Positions 63,295-64,000 of a stretch of DNA of 64,000 nucleotides are shown piece by piece. The stretch spans positions 12,193,579-12,257,578 of the forward strand of contig NC_043026.1 of assembly GCF_006345805.1 (NCBI RefSeq), written 5' to 3'. The stretch comes from Octopus sinensis. Its lineage: Eukaryota. The translations under genes and the position numbers were made by a program. Position 1 is the first letter of the stretch; every line of letters begins with the position of its first letter. Under the pieces are notes generated by a model. That model searched no databases. It had not been told where the DNA came from and saw only the letters and a list, made by a program, of their open reading frames with translations.

Positions 63295-63454
63295 GAACAT
63301 TTGAATTTCGTAGACACGGTTACAAGCAACTGTCCTCATGGCCAAACTCTTAGCAATGTCGGTAAATTAAGATTTAGCAAGCTTTCTGGAAACGTGACTT
63401 GCACTTTTACTTTAGACAAGATATTCAGAGAAGACCGAACGTTGCAAGTTGAAT
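63295..63454 (+). CDS. Ig-like gene coding exon 5 (second half of domain 2, phase 0-1); gene continues beyond the window
   Basis: TTTCTCTCAG acceptor, GTAAGT donor; EHLNFVDTVTSNCPHGQ...GNVTCTFTLDKIFREDRTLQVE. Confidence 0.8.
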
Positions 63455-63517
63455 GTAAGTGAGCAATTTCATAAATTTTAAACGAATTCTTTAGAAAGTT
63501 GTTTTTAAATTTTCTTT

Positions 63518-63649
63518 CATCACCACCATCATCACCATCATCATCATCACCATCATCACCATCATCATCATCATCATCATCGTCATCATCATCATCATCA
63601 TCACCACCATCATCACCATCATCATCACCATCATCATCATCATCACCAC

Positions 63650-63683
<34 letters not shown>

Positions 63684-63684
63684 G

Positions 63685-63738
<54 letters not shown>

Positions 63739-63830
63739 CCATCATCATCATCACCACCATCATCACCATCATCATCACCATCATCATCATCCTCATTGTC
63801 ATAATCATCATCATCATCATCATCATCGTC

Positions 63831-63876
<46 letters not shown>

Positions 63877-63968
63877 CCATCATCATCATCACACCATCAT
63901 CACCATCATCATCACCATCATCATCATCCTCATTGTCATAATCATCATCATCATCATCATCATCATCG

Positions 63969-64000
<32 letters not shown>
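63518..64000. repeat. (CAT/CAC)n microsatellite
   Basis: Direct reading. Confidence 0.97.

Noticed and set aside
63491-63892. Poly-Met/Asp and poly-Ser ORFs; also poly-Glu/Ser at 58246-58702 and IY repeats at 49709-50245
   Set aside because: Pure microsatellite translations inside predicted introns or repeats.

Overview
AT-rich, repeat-dense eukaryotic DNA. A cephalopod (octopus-like) origin is inferred from the KRAB-less C2H2 gene cluster and the tRNA-derived SINE set; it is not proven here. The left two thirds hold five C2H2 zinc-finger genes whose coding sequence lies in one exon: 57-1412 (-, 15 fingers), 7755-9335 (-, 17), 14755-15786 (+, 10 plus 1 degenerate), 25610-29601 (+, about 46 fingers but frameshifted in a 4x420 bp tandem block) and 39083-40141 (-, 11, C-terminus supplied by a SINE). 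The right end holds a multi-exon gene that the ORF track does not call: five phase-compatible GT-AG exons (55743-63454, +) spell a signal peptide plus two Ig-like domains, and the gene runs off the window. The rest is mobile DNA: at least six SINE-like families (labelled A-F here, my labels), hAT-, piggyBac-, mariner- and Merlin-like MITEs, non-autonomous Helitrons, and relics of Helitron RepHel, mariner, maT, Tigger, Penelope, CR1, RTE and R4/Dong elements, plus microsatellites and several local tandem or inverted duplications, some of which could be long-read assembly artefacts. Best leads: the hidden Ig-like gene, SINE multimers that always rejoin at one fixed junction, and SINE/MITE remodelling of ZNF gene ends. 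Coordinates were counted by hand; repeat boundaries may be off by a few bases. Family assignments rest on remembered motifs, with no database search run.
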